DNA of 64,000 nucleotides, from contig JAILLI010000068.1 of assembly GCA_024693225.1 (NCBI GenBank), forward strand, positions 13,929 through 77,928, in the 5' to 3' direction. A program made the translations under genes and the position numbers. Shown here one piece after another: positions 1-9,842 of this stretch. Numbering within the stretch: the stretch's first letter is position 1; each line of letters starts with the position of its first letter. Under the pieces are notes generated by a model. It saw only the letters and a program-made list of their open reading frames with translations, ran no database searches and had not been told where the DNA came from. This stretch comes from Lachnospiraceae bacterium (GTDB lineage: Bacteria; Bacillota; Clostridia; Lachnospirales; Lachnospiraceae).

Positions 1-126
1 ACGTATGTTATCGCTGTTCTGAAAGCTTATGCATTCACCGTTCTCCCTGAGTGAATATGCCCCGGAAAAGACCTTGTCGTAATCTGTTATCTCTCTTAAT
101 AAGTCTTCTGTTACTTTATCGATCAT
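1..126 (-). CDS. SufB/SufD-family Fe-S assembly protein, N-terminal fragment (runs off the window)
   Basis: The ATG at 126-124 overlaps the TGA of the upstream ATPase (ATGA junction). The frame stays open to base 1, giving MIDKVTEDLLREITDYDKVFSGAYSLRENGECISFQNSDNIR. The family call rests mainly on its position after a SufC-like ATPase. Confidence 0.45.
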   Translation of the reverse strand, partial: MIDKVTEDLLREITDYDKVFSGAYSLRENGECISFQNSDNIR

Positions 127-848
127 CCGTATATCTCCTGACCCTTCGGGCAATATACATTTTCCCTGTCCGCCAGCAGCGTCGGGAATATCTCCTCCCT
201 GGTCCCGCTCTTGGTTATGACCCCGTCTGCGATCACAACTATCTCATCGGCTATCTTTAATATCCTCTCCTGATGGGAGATGATGAGCAGGGCATGTTCC
301 GCATCCTTTTTAAGCTCTTCAAAGGTTTCTATCAGGCTTGTAAAGCTCCACAGGTCTATCCCCGCCTCCGGCTCGTCAAAGACCAGATATGAGGCCTTGC
401 GGCACAATACGGTCGCTATCTCTATCCTTTTCATCTCACCGCCGGACAGCTTGCCGTCAAGTTCCCTGTCCATATATTCCCTTGCGCACAGTCCGACCTT
501 TTCGAGGGTACGGCACATGTTCATTTCCGACATACCGGAGCCTGAAGCTATCTCCATTACCCGTCTTACGGTTATGCCCTTAAAGCTTACGGGCTGCTGA
601 AAAGCATAGGCTATACCCAGCTTTGCCCTTTCGGTGACACTAAGTCCCGTTATATCCTTATCATCAAGCATTATCCTGCCCGAAGTCGGGATATAAAGCC
701 CTGCGATCAGCTTGGCAAGGCTGGTCTTGCCTCCACCGTTGGGTCCCGTTACCACAGTGAGCTTCCCGGGTGCAACGGAAAGGGACAGGTCTTTTATCAG
801 ATTTTCCTTTTCAGGCAGATCAAGTTTTACATTCTCAAGTCTAAGCAT
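123..848 (-). CDS. Stand-alone ABC ATPase, SufC-like (Fe-S cluster assembly ATPase)
   Basis: Walker A GPNGGGKT, signature LSGGEMKR, Walker B LVFDEPEAGID and H-loop ISHQ are present. There is no fused membrane domain. AGGGGA lies upstream of the ATG at 848. Confidence 0.8.
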   Translation of the reverse strand: MLRLENVKLDLPEKENLIKDLSLSVAPGKLTVVTGPNGGGKTSLAKLIAGLYIPTSGRIMLDDKDITGLSVTERAKLGIAYAFQQPVSFKGITVRRVMEIASGSGMSEMNMCRTLEKVGLCAREYMDRELDGKLSGGEMKRIEIATVLCRKASYLVFDEPEAGIDLWSFTSLIETFEELKKDAEHALLIISHQERILKIADEIVVIADGVITKSGTREEIFPTLLADRENVYCPKGQEIYG

Positions 849-860
849 ATCATTCCCCTA

Positions 861-899
861 AACAAAAGCCTCAAGGCTTGCTTGGCAATCCCTGAGGCT
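861..899 (-). terminator. Hairpin plus U-rich tail downstream of tRNA-Glu
   Basis: The minus-strand RNA reads AGCCUCAGGG-(13 nt)-CCUUGAGGCU, a 10-bp stem with one G.U pair, followed by UUUGUUU. It sits only about 12 nt before the SD of the SufC-like gene. Confidence 0.55.
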
Positions 900-917
900 C
901 TTCTCTTCTCAAAAAGA

Positions 918-989
918 CAGCTCGTAGGGGAATCGAACCCCTGTTTCCGCCGTGAGAGGGCGGCGTCTTAACCGCTTGACCAACGAGCC
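918..989 (-). tRNA. tRNA-Glu (anticodon CUC)
   Basis: The reverse complement is GGCTCGTTGGTCAAGCGGTTAAGACGCCGCCCTCTCACGGCGGAAACAGGGGTTCGATTCCCCTACGAGCTG. The acceptor stem is 7 bp. The anticodon stem CCGCC/GGCGG carries loop CU-CUC-AC. The T-arm is AGGGG-TTCGATT-CCCCT. No CCA is encoded. Confidence 0.9.
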
Positions 990-1001
990 GTACCTGACCA
1001 T

Positions 1002-1029
1002 ATTATACGAATTGGGACAAAAAAGCAAG
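1002..1029 (-). promoter_or_regulatory. Putative sigma-A promoter for tRNA-Glu
   Basis: On the minus strand, CTTGCT is followed by a 16-nt spacer and a perfect TATAAT. The TATAAT ends 12 nt before the first tRNA base. Confidence 0.3.
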
Positions 1030-1057
1030 CATAATATTTATTAGGTCAGGAAAATTT

Positions 1058-3880
1058 TTACTTGTTAATGGTCACAGGCAGTCCGGCTGCCTTTATCTGC
1101 TCGATATACTGGTCAAGAGCAGCTCTTACATCAACCCCCAGAAGTTGCGACAATCCGTTGATCGTGGCGTCATCCATCTCATTGAGCGTTATGACGACAT
1201 CTATATCGGCGTCGGTAAGATCTGCGAGATCGGCAAGCTTGGCCTCACCAAGTCCCATGGCATCCTTATCGATCACACCATACTCATCGAGAACATCGAG
1301 AGCATCATCGATCTCACCGAGTGTTTCCTTCATTTCCTCCTTTGGAGGGATGTTCTCCTTAACGTTCTGGGCCGCTTCCATGGCAGCACCTGATGCCGCT
1401 TCGACATATGCATTTACAACGCCTTCGATATCCGTTGCCGCCTCGTTAAGTATCTTTACGGCTCCATCCTGGCTCAGTCTTCCTGATACCACATCTCCTG
1501 TCACGTCTTCTGCAAGAGAGTTGAAATAGTTGCCAAGAAGGCCCGATACGAAGTAGCCGATATTGGTAAGGTCTCCGCCGGCTTTTGCTATATCCTGATC
1601 GTTTGCCACTTCGGTTGCCAGCTCATTTGCAGCCTGATTGGGATCTATGCTCATGATCTTCTCGACATCCTCAAAGTCACCGTTAAGGTCGCCAAGGTAT
1701 TTCTCTGCATATGCATTTATATACTTGGCAAGTATTGCCGAGACATCATTTGAAACATCCGCAAGCTCTGTGGCTATCTCGTTTTCAGCCCATCCGTCCC
1801 TGGGAACGTTGGCTATCTTCTCTGTAAAGTAGGCCTGAAGTTCCGAGATCGTATCTACCTGGGTGGGATCCTCGCCGACAGATACAGGGGCAGGTGCAGG
1901 CTCCTCGGCCGGCTTTGCAGCTTCTTCAGCCTTCTCGGGCTCTGCGGCTTCTTCTGTCTTCTCAGGCTCTGCGGCTTCTTCTGTCTTCTCAGGCTCTGAA
2001 GCTTCTTCTGTCTTCTCAGGCTCTGCAGCTTCTTCTGCAGGCTCTTCTGTCTTTTCAGTCTCTGTAGCTTCCTGTGCAGGCTCTTCTGCGGCATCCTCCA
2101 CATTAGCTTCGTCATCATCGGCGATCTCTATGCCAAGGCCGTCATCGTTTCCTTCTATATCATCAAGTTCTATGACAAAATCATCATTTTCGGCGAACAG
2201 GTCACCGATCAGGCTGTCATTATCAAATCCTGTAAGCTTAACGCTGTTCTCTCCATCATCGGCAAGTGAGAACTCTATGGTCTTGCCGTCCTTTACGGCC
2301 TTGACGGCATCGCCCTCAGCGGTTATATCCCAGCCGTTTGCAAATGCATCTCCGAGGGTCGCGTATGAAGACTCGATCTCGAAGGGCATGATATCCTCAT
2401 CCGGTATATCATCCTTTACCACACCGTTTCTGAAGATGAACCAGTCAAGCTGTTCTGCGATCGAGCGGCCTGTCTCGTGCTCTTCTTCCACACATGCGGC
2501 TGTGAATTCATCTGCAATGCCTGCAGCTTTCTCGGGTGATGATGCATATGCATCCTTCCAGTCACCTCTTAAATGACCCAGAAGATCCGATACTCTTACT
2601 ATCTCACCGCCCTCCAGGAAACTCCTGACGGAAGATCCGTAAGCATCCCTGCGTTTTACTATCTTTGAAGCAAGCATGGCATAATCATACTGGATGCTGT
2701 CCTCGGCATTTCCATCTTCCTCGATATCGCCGGCTATTGACTGCGGAAGGCTGTTTGCTACGACCGGTATGGGAATGAAGGGTGATGAAACAGGCTGCTG
2801 TGGTGTCGTCCATATAACGGTTGACATCTGAGCGGGAACATCTCCCAGTATCTGTATCACGTTGACGTTTGAAACAAACTGGTTGTCGATACCGCCGTAT
2901 CCGATCTTATCGCCCAGTACCGTTTCATATTCCGTTCCTTCATATCTGCTTCTGAAGAAGTCAAATACCTTGTTGATGGAAACCTTATCAGTCGGTGTGA
3001 AGAAAACATCAAAAGATGCTTCGGGATCATACTTGTCTTCCTCTTCATCACAGAAGAAAGCATGTCCTGCCCATTCGCGAAGATCCATCTCTTCTATATT
3101 GGGATCCTCACCAACGTATGTCTTTATAAGATCCAGCTTCTTGTCATCATCATATACGGCAAAACCTTTTTCCTCGGGGAGGTCTAAAAGGTCTTCAGAA
3201 CAGAACTGACCGTATGCTTCAAAATCAGCTAAAGTGATGACAGGTTTTGCGGAAAAGATCGCAACCTTATCTGCCGGAAGCTTGACTGCGGCATACTGAT
3301 GTCCGCTGTAGTTTTCAACCAGCCACGCTTCATTCTGGTCGGCAATAAGGACCGTCTCGCAGGCGTCAGCACCTATGTTGGCATATTCATCGCACAGGAT
3401 ATCCGCTGCTTCTTCCGCGGTCTTTGCAGTTGAAGCAAGTATGAGCGCCAGTTTCTCCTCGCAGACACCGCAGGCCTCAAAAGGATCGGCTTCGATCGCT
3501 GCAGTATTGGGAATCGGCTGGATACCAGTCACTATGCTGACACCGTTTTCATTGGATGCACAGCAGTTCCACTCGCCGTAACCCAGATAAGTCATGTATC
3601 TTTCAAGTGTCAGCTTGACACTGTCATCGGGCAGCGTGTATTTGTAACCGTTCGCGCACTCGATAACGTCCCCCTTCTTGTATGCGCCCTTCTCAATGAC
3701 TACCGGTACGACACATGCTCCCGTGCCGGGCTCATTGGAAGCGCCGATCAGCGTGGTATTCTCCGCGCTGACATCCTTTCCGACATACACAGCGGTCCCC
3801 GCCAGGATGTCGTTCGATGCGCATGCAAGAAATACGCATCCCAGTAAGATTCCTGTTAAACCCTTGAATAATACCTTCAT
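1058..3880 (-). CDS. Large secreted (possibly lipo-) protein: C69 dipeptidase-like N-terminal domain, acidic repeat linker, unknown C-terminal domain
   Basis: The N-terminal signal is MKVLFKGLTGILLGCVFLACA. GTAVYVGKDVSAENTTLIGASNE and IADQNEAWLVENYSGHQYAAVKLPADKV resemble the ACT..LVGK.AS.DGS and IAD.NE.W..E blocks of peptidase family C69 (recalled from memory). SD GGGAGAGGAAAG precedes the ATG. Confidence 0.6.
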   Translation of the reverse strand: MKVLFKGLTGILLGCVFLACASNDILAGTAVYVGKDVSAENTTLIGASNEPGTGACVVPVVIEKGAYKKGDVIECANGYKYTLPDDSVKLTLERYMTYLGYGEWNCCASNENGVSIVTGIQPIPNTAAIEADPFEACGVCEEKLALILASTAKTAEEAADILCDEYANIGADACETVLIADQNEAWLVENYSGHQYAAVKLPADKVAIFSAKPVITLADFEAYGQFCSEDLLDLPEEKGFAVYDDDKKLDLIKTYVGEDPNIEEMDLREWAGHAFFCDEEEDKYDPEASFDVFFTPTDKVSINKVFDFFRSRYEGTEYETVLGDKIGYGGIDNQFVSNVNVIQILGDVPAQMSTVIWTTPQQPVSSPFIPIPVVANSLPQSIAGDIEEDGNAEDSIQYDYAMLASKIVKRRDAYGSSVRSFLEGGEIVRVSDLLGHLRGDWKDAYASSPEKAAGIADEFTAACVEEEHETGRSIAEQLDWFIFRNGVVKDDIPDEDIMPFEIESSYATLGDAFANGWDITAEGDAVKAVKDGKTIEFSLADDGENSVKLTGFDNDSLIGDLFAENDDFVIELDDIEGNDDGLGIEIADDDEANVEDAAEEPAQEATETEKTEEPAEEAAEPEKTEEASEPEKTEEAAEPEKTEEAAEPEKAEEAAKPAEEPAPAPVSVGEDPTQVDTISELQAYFTEKIANVPRDGWAENEIATELADVSNDVSAILAKYINAYAEKYLGDLNGDFEDVEKIMSIDPNQAANELATEVANDQDIAKAGGDLTNIGYFVSGLLGNYFNSLAEDVTGDVVSGRLSQDGAVKILNEAATDIEGVVNAYVEAASGAAMEAAQNVKENIPPKEEMKETLGEIDDALDVLDEYGVIDKDAMGLGEAKLADLADLTDADIDVVITLNEMDDATINGLSQLLGVDVRAALDQYIEQIKAAGLPVTINK
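1931..2038. repeat. Four tandem 27-bp coding repeats (EPEKTEEAA units) inside the 940-aa gene
   Basis: The units are cttctc[g/a]ggctctg[cg/aa/ca]gcttcttctg[t/c] at 1931-1957, 1958-1984, 1985-2011 and 2012-2038. Degenerate copies extend to about 1915 and 2090. Confidence 0.9.
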
Positions 3881-3996
3881 CTTTCCTCTCCCTTTTAATT
3901 ATATTGTATGTGTTTTGGAATGATCTTCAGAGTATAAGACCCTCATCTTTATTTAATTTACCCCTATTGATATGTTATGTCAACAGAAACATTATG

Positions 3997-4866
3997 TTAA
4001 CAGATAATTTTTTTCTCCTTGTGGACTCTGTAACTGACCACATCGGTCACCGTCTCCCCGTCTATCTGCAGGGCGGTCGGCCGGTCAAATTCAACCTCGA
4101 CATCACTGCCCATGATCTCGGTAACCAGTTTTTTGTATTTGATATGCTTTCCCTTAAACACAGATGAAAAGGCAAGGAGCAGGCCCATTCTTAACCTTGA
4201 ATGCACCACTATGACCGACACCAGGCCGTCTTCGTTCATGCGGTCCTGATTGGGTGCACACATCATGCCTCCGCCCATGTATCTCCCGTTCATGGCAGGC
4301 GACATCCAGACATCCTTATACTCCTTTGTCACACCGTCAACGGTGACCTTTGCATTGACACGGTGAAAATCATAGAGCAGCCCCTTTAATGCGATCGTGG
4401 AGTAGTTCACCCTTTTGCCGGGGCTGGTGATCCTTTTCTTGTCGCCTTCCTCGCAGCAGTATCCGTCTATGCCGTAGCCTACATTGTTGAGGAAGAGCTT
4501 CGTCATGCCCTTTACCGTGACAGTGGGTATGCACTTTAAGTACATGTTGATCCGGCACACCCCTTTTGTCCCGGCTTCATCTATGTCCCTGAAGAAATCG
4601 TTTCCGCTCCCGGCGGGAAAATAATATATATCCTGCTCCAGCTCGGAAGTATCGATGGCGTTGATCAGATAGTTAAGGGTACCGTCACCGCCGCAGACAA
4701 CTATCATGTCCTCCGGCCGGAAGCCCCTGATATACCCTTCAAGATCATCGATCGAGAGCATATCCATATATTTGATCTCATCGGATGAAAATATCTCTCC
4801 TATGTCCCTGCAGCTTTCTTCGCAGGTGCTGTTTCCCGCAAGCGGATTGTATAACACGTAGATCAT
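3997..4866 (-). CDS. Diacylglycerol kinase-family lipid kinase (YegS/BmrU-like)
   Basis: The N-terminus is MIYVLYNPLAGN. The protein carries the GGDGT motif (VVCGGDGTLNYLINAI) and has a typical length of 289 aa. Confidence 0.8.
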   Translation of the reverse strand: MIYVLYNPLAGNSTCEESCRDIGEIFSSDEIKYMDMLSIDDLEGYIRGFRPEDMIVVCGGDGTLNYLINAIDTSELEQDIYYFPAGSGNDFFRDIDEAGTKGVCRINMYLKCIPTVTVKGMTKLFLNNVGYGIDGYCCEEGDKKRITSPGKRVNYSTIALKGLLYDFHRVNAKVTVDGVTKEYKDVWMSPAMNGRYMGGGMMCAPNQDRMNEDGLVSVIVVHSRLRMGLLLAFSSVFKGKHIKYKKLVTEIMGSDVEVEFDRPTALQIDGETVTDVVSYRVHKEKKIIC

Positions 4867-4878
4867 GATCTTCTATCC

Positions 4879-6267
4879 TCAGACCGCCTCTTTTTCGCCG
4901 GATTTCCTGACTATATCCCTTGCCACATATACACCGCTGGCCGAAGCATGGGACAGGGAATGCGTAACCCCGCTTCCGTCACCGATTATATAGAGGCCCT
5001 TATATTCGGTTTCAAGGTTTTCATCAACTTTTACTTCCATATTATAGAACTTGACTTCCACCCCGTAGAGGAGGGTATCGTCATTGGCCGTGCCCGGCGC
5101 TATCTTGTCAAGGGCATGTATCATCTCCATTATGCCGTCAAGTATCCTCTTGGGCAAAACCAGTGAAAGATCTCCGGGAGTTGCGGCAAGGGTGGGATGC
5201 ACCATACCTTCCGCTATCCTCTTCTCGTTGCTCCGTCTTCCCCTCATAAGGTCTCCGAAACGCTGCACGATGACGCCCCCGCCGAGCATGTTGGACAGTC
5301 TTGCTATGCTCTCGCCGTATCCGTTCGAATCCTTGAAGGGCTCCGAAAAATGCTTGGCCACAAGGAGAGCGAAGTTGGTGTTCTCTGTCTGCTTTTCCTT
5401 TGATTCATAGCTGTGGCCGTTGACCGTGATGATACCGTTGGTATTCTCGTTGACCACTATACCATGCGGGTTCATGCAGAAGGTCCTGACATTGTCTTCA
5501 AACTTTTCCGTCCTGTAGACTATCTTGCTCTCATAAAGTTCATCGGTCAGATGTGAAAAGATGACAGCCGGAAGCTCTACCCTTACCCCTATGTCGACAC
5601 GGTTGCTCTTAGCGCTGATGCCGAGCTTTTCACATACGCTCTCCATCCACTTGCTGCCGCTCCTGCCGACGGATATTATGCATTTACTGCAGGTTGACCT
5701 TCCACCCTTGTGGCTTACGGCATAACCTCCGTCTATGACCTCGACATCGGTCACGTCAGTCATAAAGTGAAAGTCGACCGCATCCTTCATCTGGGCATAA
5801 AGGTTTTCAAGCACCACATAATTGATGTCGGTACCCAAATGCCTTACGGATGCCTCAAGGAGCTTAAGCTTGTTCTGCATGCATATCTTCTTTAGATTGG
5901 TCCCGGCGGTCGAATACAGCCTGCATCCTTCTCCCCCGTTCTCAAGGTTGATAGCGTCGACATATTTCATCAGCTCTATCGCCTTATCCCTTCCGATATG
6001 CTCATAGAGGGTTCCGCCGAAGTCATTCGTTATGTTGTACTTGCCGTCGGAAAATGCTCCCGCTCCACCGAATCCGCTCATTATGGAACAGGACTTGCAC
6101 CGTATGCAGTTTTTGATCTTGTCCCCGTCTATGGGGCAATGCCTCTTTGCAAGCTCTGCTCCCGCTTCAAATACCCCTATCTTCAGTCCGGGGCTGGTCT
6201 TCATCAGCTCATATGCCGAGTATATACCGCCGGGTCCCGCCCCGACGATGATCACATCATAATCCAT
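4879..6267 (-). CDS. FAD-dependent oxidoreductase (COG2509-like NAD(FAD)-utilizing dehydrogenase)
   Basis: The N-terminal Rossmann motif is DVIIVGAGPGGIYSAYEL. The protein is 462 aa. Confidence 0.7.
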   Translation of the reverse strand: MDYDVIIVGAGPGGIYSAYELMKTSPGLKIGVFEAGAELAKRHCPIDGDKIKNCIRCKSCSIMSGFGGAGAFSDGKYNITNDFGGTLYEHIGRDKAIELMKYVDAINLENGGEGCRLYSTAGTNLKKICMQNKLKLLEASVRHLGTDINYVVLENLYAQMKDAVDFHFMTDVTDVEVIDGGYAVSHKGGRSTCSKCIISVGRSGSKWMESVCEKLGISAKSNRVDIGVRVELPAVIFSHLTDELYESKIVYRTEKFEDNVRTFCMNPHGIVVNENTNGIITVNGHSYESKEKQTENTNFALLVAKHFSEPFKDSNGYGESIARLSNMLGGGVIVQRFGDLMRGRRSNEKRIAEGMVHPTLAATPGDLSLVLPKRILDGIMEMIHALDKIAPGTANDDTLLYGVEVKFYNMEVKVDENLETEYKGLYIIGDGSGVTHSLSHASASGVYVARDIVRKSGEKEAV

Positions 6268-6321
6268 ATCTGTCCCTTTCGATCCTCAAAGCCTTTCAGG
6301 TTTTACCCCATCCGGCCTTTA

Positions 6322-6627
6322 TCACTCTTTTACGTAGTCCATACAGGTCCTGGCTGCCACATAAGGCCTTACCTTTCCGGTCGCCACGGCAACATGCAGG
6401 GGATTGGCCTGATATCTTGTCAGTGATTCTTTGTCCTTAAAGGTGGAATCAAGCATCAGGTCACAGTTTGAACTGGCAAGAGGCTCTGTGTTTACTTTTA
6501 TGTCCACAAGGCCTTCTATCTTTCCCTCAAGTCCCTCAAGACCTTCCTTGATGCCCTTCTTTATGTCTTCCTTCTCTTCATCCGAGTATTCTTCCTTGAG
6601 TATCCATAAGATAATGTGCTTTACCAT
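6322..6627 (-). CDS. Dabb (stress-responsive alpha/beta barrel) family protein
   Basis: The protein is 101 aa. It starts MVKHIILW, and the LTRYQANPLHVAV block is typical of the Dabb domain. Confidence 0.7.
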   Translation of the reverse strand: MVKHIILWILKEEYSDEEKEDIKKGIKEGLEGLEGKIEGLVDIKVNTEPLASSNCDLMLDSTFKDKESLTRYQANPLHVAVATGKVRPYVAARTCMDYVKE

Positions 6628-6641
6628 CTCTTCCCTCCGAT

Positions 6642-8417
6642 CTAGTTATGCTTTCCCTTCCTTCTCCTGTCATTTCCTTCTTTCATGTAATAGTCCGATT
6701 TCTGTGCGTTCATGCGCTGCTCTGCTTCCCGTCTCATATCTTCCACGGTCATCCCCTCCTTTTCCGAAGCACACACATAGCCCATTGAAACCGAAAGAGA
6801 GGGATGCAGCTTTCCTTTCCATCTGTCAAACCTGTCGCGAAGCTCCGATACTATCTCGGCCCTCTTTTCCGACGGGATCACGACAAGGGCAGAGAATTCA
6901 TCCCCACCGGTCCTGTATATGTCCCCGTAAGGTCCGAGAACGTCCTTGATACACTTGGCCGCACCTATTATCAGCTCGTCACCCGCCTCATGGCCGTGGC
7001 TGTCATTTGCCTCCTTGAGACGGTTCAAGTCAAAGGAAAAGAAGGTAAGGTCAGCTTCTATATCCTTTGCCGCGCGGCCGTCCATATGCTCATCAAAAGT
7101 CCTTCTGTTGTTGACATTGGTCATATGATCGATATGGGCCGTGGTGTTGAGGCTGTTCCTTGTCTTTTCTTCCTCCATAAGAGAATCTATGTTCCTGAAG
7201 CCGCAAACAAAGCGGACAACTCCCATATCATCCGTGACCCTTGCAAAACACAGCTGTATGTAATTCCTTGAGCCTTCCGGGTCCACCCTGAAGTAGTTCA
7301 CATGATATATCTCATCATCCTTTGTGGTGCGCATGAGGCTGTCTATGGATGTCATCAGATAGACCCGCTCACGGTCCTCAGGTACCACATAATGATCTAT
7401 ATAATTGCCGACGATCGTATCGTAGCTTCCTTCTTTTAACCTGTACATCTCGTCAGCAGCAGCCGACGGTTTGGTATTGTTGCGGATGAGCTTGGCATGG
7501 TGTATTGCCGCATCCACCAGCCAGATCGATTCATACTCGCATGAAAGTCCGGCCAGAAGGGTCATCTGGGTCTCGCGTTCACTCTCTCTCGCCAGCTTTT
7601 CACGGATCTGGGCATCATAATGTTCAAATCCGTATACTATCTTCCTCCCGTTGTCGAAGGGGATTATCTTCAGCCTGTAATATACTATCTTCCCGTCTCT
7701 TATGGTCCGGTAGGTATGGAAGACCGGATTGGTCTCCCTAAGGCGTTCCATAACGTAATCAAAATCCCCGAACCGTCTGACACCCTCGGCATCATCCCTG
7801 TATACGAACGCATTCACATAAACATCTATCACATTCTTAAGATAGGGATCACGGCTCAGCTCATCCTCAAGGGTCTTGCCATATCTGTTGAGTCTTACGG
7901 CACTTACCTTCCGGTCGCTCGTATCAACATATAAGACAGAGGTATAGGATCTTGCAATGGCATCATCTATCTCATAGAGGAGCTTCTGATGTTCCTTGAT
8001 CTCCTTCTCCTCCTCTCGGAAAAGAAAGCGGCGGGAACTGTCGGATATCTCATCATAGCGGACTATGCTGTATCTTCTCCCGTCCCTTGTGAATTCGTGT
8101 TTTCCGACGCAGTGTATGGTAAGGAGCTTTTTGTCCTTCCCCACAGCTTCATGGTATACCACATTGTAGTCTTCGTCTTTTTCGGAAAAAGCCTTTACAG
8201 CTTTTAGCATCTCTTCCTTTTCCGGCATGTTCACAAAAGGATCCGGTCCGTTAAGTCGGGACATCATCTCCTCGCGGGTCGCTTCGTACATGCTGCAGGC
8301 TCCCTCGGAGACAAGATATGCGCGAAACCTTCCGGTCTCATCAACATAGTAGATGGCCAGAGGGATCGGGGTATGCTCGTAAAACACGTGAATGTCGGGT
8401 GAAAATAATGGCTCCAT
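6642..8417 (-). CDS. Diguanylate cyclase (GGDEF) with large cytoplasmic N-terminal sensor region
   Basis: The C-terminal domain contains THIDHMTNVNNRRTFDEH and RTGGDEFSALV. A strong SD (AGGAGGAAGTT) precedes the ATG. Confidence 0.8.
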   Translation of the reverse strand: MEPLFSPDIHVFYEHTPIPLAIYYVDETGRFRAYLVSEGACSMYEATREEMMSRLNGPDPFVNMPEKEEMLKAVKAFSEKDEDYNVVYHEAVGKDKKLLTIHCVGKHEFTRDGRRYSIVRYDEISDSSRRFLFREEEKEIKEHQKLLYEIDDAIARSYTSVLYVDTSDRKVSAVRLNRYGKTLEDELSRDPYLKNVIDVYVNAFVYRDDAEGVRRFGDFDYVMERLRETNPVFHTYRTIRDGKIVYYRLKIIPFDNGRKIVYGFEHYDAQIREKLARESERETQMTLLAGLSCEYESIWLVDAAIHHAKLIRNNTKPSAAADEMYRLKEGSYDTIVGNYIDHYVVPEDRERVYLMTSIDSLMRTTKDDEIYHVNYFRVDPEGSRNYIQLCFARVTDDMGVVRFVCGFRNIDSLMEEEKTRNSLNTTAHIDHMTNVNNRRTFDEHMDGRAAKDIEADLTFFSFDLNRLKEANDSHGHEAGDELIIGAAKCIKDVLGPYGDIYRTGGDEFSALVVIPSEKRAEIVSELRDRFDRWKGKLHPSLSVSMGYVCASEKEGMTVEDMRREAEQRMNAQKSDYYMKEGNDRRRKGKHN

Positions 8418-8426
8418 AACTTCCTC

Positions 8427-9011
8427 CTAGTATCTGCTGCCACATGACGGCAGAGCGCTCTGAAGAAGGGGATCCGTTTTGAATCTCCCCCTGAATTCCG
8501 CCGTATATGTCCTGGCATTATGATTTTTTATGCCCCTGGCATTGACGCAGCTGTGGCTGGCTTCTATGGTCACAGCAACATCGCTGCTTCCTGTTATCTC
8601 ACTGATGATATCGGCTATGTCACGGCCCAACCGTTCCTGAAGCTGCAGTCTCCTCGAAGCCATGTCGCATACCCTGACGATCTTGGAAAGGCCTATGACC
8701 TTCCCGTTCGGTATGTAAGCAACGGCAGCCTTCATGTCATACATGAGGGCCATGTGGTGCTCGCAGTAGGAAAAAAGGTCTATATCCTTCATCACGACGA
8801 CCCGGTCGGAATCGGTCTCATAGTCATCCTCAAAAGTCCGGTCAAACATCCGGGCTATCTCATGGTTTGTATGGTTCATCCCCTCGAAGACTTCTTCATA
8901 CATGGCGGCGACACGCCTTGGTGTATCAACAAGTCCGGGACGGTCGGGATCATCTCCCAATGCCTCGATAATCCCCCTTATATGTCCTTCTATGGCTTCT
9001 TTGTCTATCAT
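8427..9011 (-). CDS. folE: GTP cyclohydrolase I
   Basis: The blocks [15 protein letters not shown] and [22 protein letters not shown] are present, at a typical length. Confidence 0.9.
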   Translation of the reverse strand: MIDKEAIEGHIRGIIEALGDDPDRPGLVDTPRRVAAMYEEVFEGMNHTNHEIARMFDRTFEDDYETDSDRVVVMKDIDLFSYCEHHMALMYDMKAAVAYIPNGKVIGLSKIVRVCDMASRRLQLQERLGRDIADIISEITGSSDVAVTIEASHSCVNARGIKNHNARTYTAEFRGRFKTDPLLQSALPSCGSRY

Positions 9012-9012
9012 T

Positions 9013-9840
9013 TCATTCCTTTCTGCAGGAGAGTCCCGTCTCCTTGAAAAGCTTCATCATCTCGTTGGTAAGGCTTAAGTCATTGGGCTGGAGCTCTATG
9101 TCGGACCGCTCTACCCAGCTGGCATACTTGAGCTCACCCTCATCCATCCTGATCGTATCATCCCCGTCAACGTCACAGAAAAAACCCGCAAGTATATCCT
9201 GGGCCATTCCCCAGGGCTGGGACTTGTAATACCTGATGTTTTTGACCCTTATGCCGGCCTCTTCCATGACTTCACGCTCCACAGTCTCCTCAAGGGTCTC
9301 ACCGATCTCGGTAAATCCCGCTATCAGTGCACTGTGGGCATATCCTGTCCTGTACTTCGTTATCAGTATCCTGTCCTTGTTTATGACCCCGACAATGACT
9401 GCCGGATTGATGCGCGGATATATAATTTTACCACATCCTTTGCACTTTTGCGCCCTTTCTTTGTCATCCGGCACAAGCTCCTTCCCACAGACGCCGCAGT
9501 ACCTGTTGTCACTGTACCATCTCCACAGATGATATGCGGTAAAAGCGGCAAAAAGCTCCTTGCCGCAGCCTTCGTCGCGAAGCTGCCTGACGGACCGGTA
9601 CTCATATCCTTCTAAAACGGGCGTGGCTGACAATGACATAAAATACCTGTCCTCATCCACCGAAAAAAAATATATGGCATCATATCCCGCAAGGTCTGCC
9701 CGCGTAAATTCAAGGCCCTCTTCGGAAACTTTTGTCAGTATCTTCCCTTCTTTATCAAAGGCAAGTACCAGATCTTCTTCCGAAGGCTTTATATTCTTGT
9801 ATTGGTTGTGCAGCCTGCTCGGCCCTATGTCCTGTATCAT
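9013..9840 (-). CDS. nudC: NAD(+) diphosphatase (NADH pyrophosphatase), Nudix with zinc ribbon
   Basis: The zinc ribbon is CGVCGKEL...[17 protein letters not shown]. It is followed by the Nudix box [23 protein letters not shown]. Confidence 0.8.
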   Translation of the reverse strand: MIQDIGPSRLHNQYKNIKPSEEDLVLAFDKEGKILTKVSEEGLEFTRADLAGYDAIYFFSVDEDRYFMSLSATPVLEGYEYRSVRQLRDEGCGKELFAAFTAYHLWRWYSDNRYCGVCGKELVPDDKERAQKCKGCGKIIYPRINPAVIVGVINKDRILITKYRTGYAHSALIAGFTEIGETLEETVEREVMEEAGIRVKNIRYYKSQPWGMAQDILAGFFCDVDGDDTIRMDEGELKYASWVERSDIELQPNDLSLTNEMMKLFKETGLSCRKE

Positions 9841-9842
9841 CT

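Noticed and set aside
993-1050. The 7-bp inverted repeat CCTGACC...GGTCAGG downstream of the 940-aa gene, as a terminator.
   Set aside because: The arms are separated by 44 nt and no U-tract follows. The region is better explained as the tRNA-Glu promoter.
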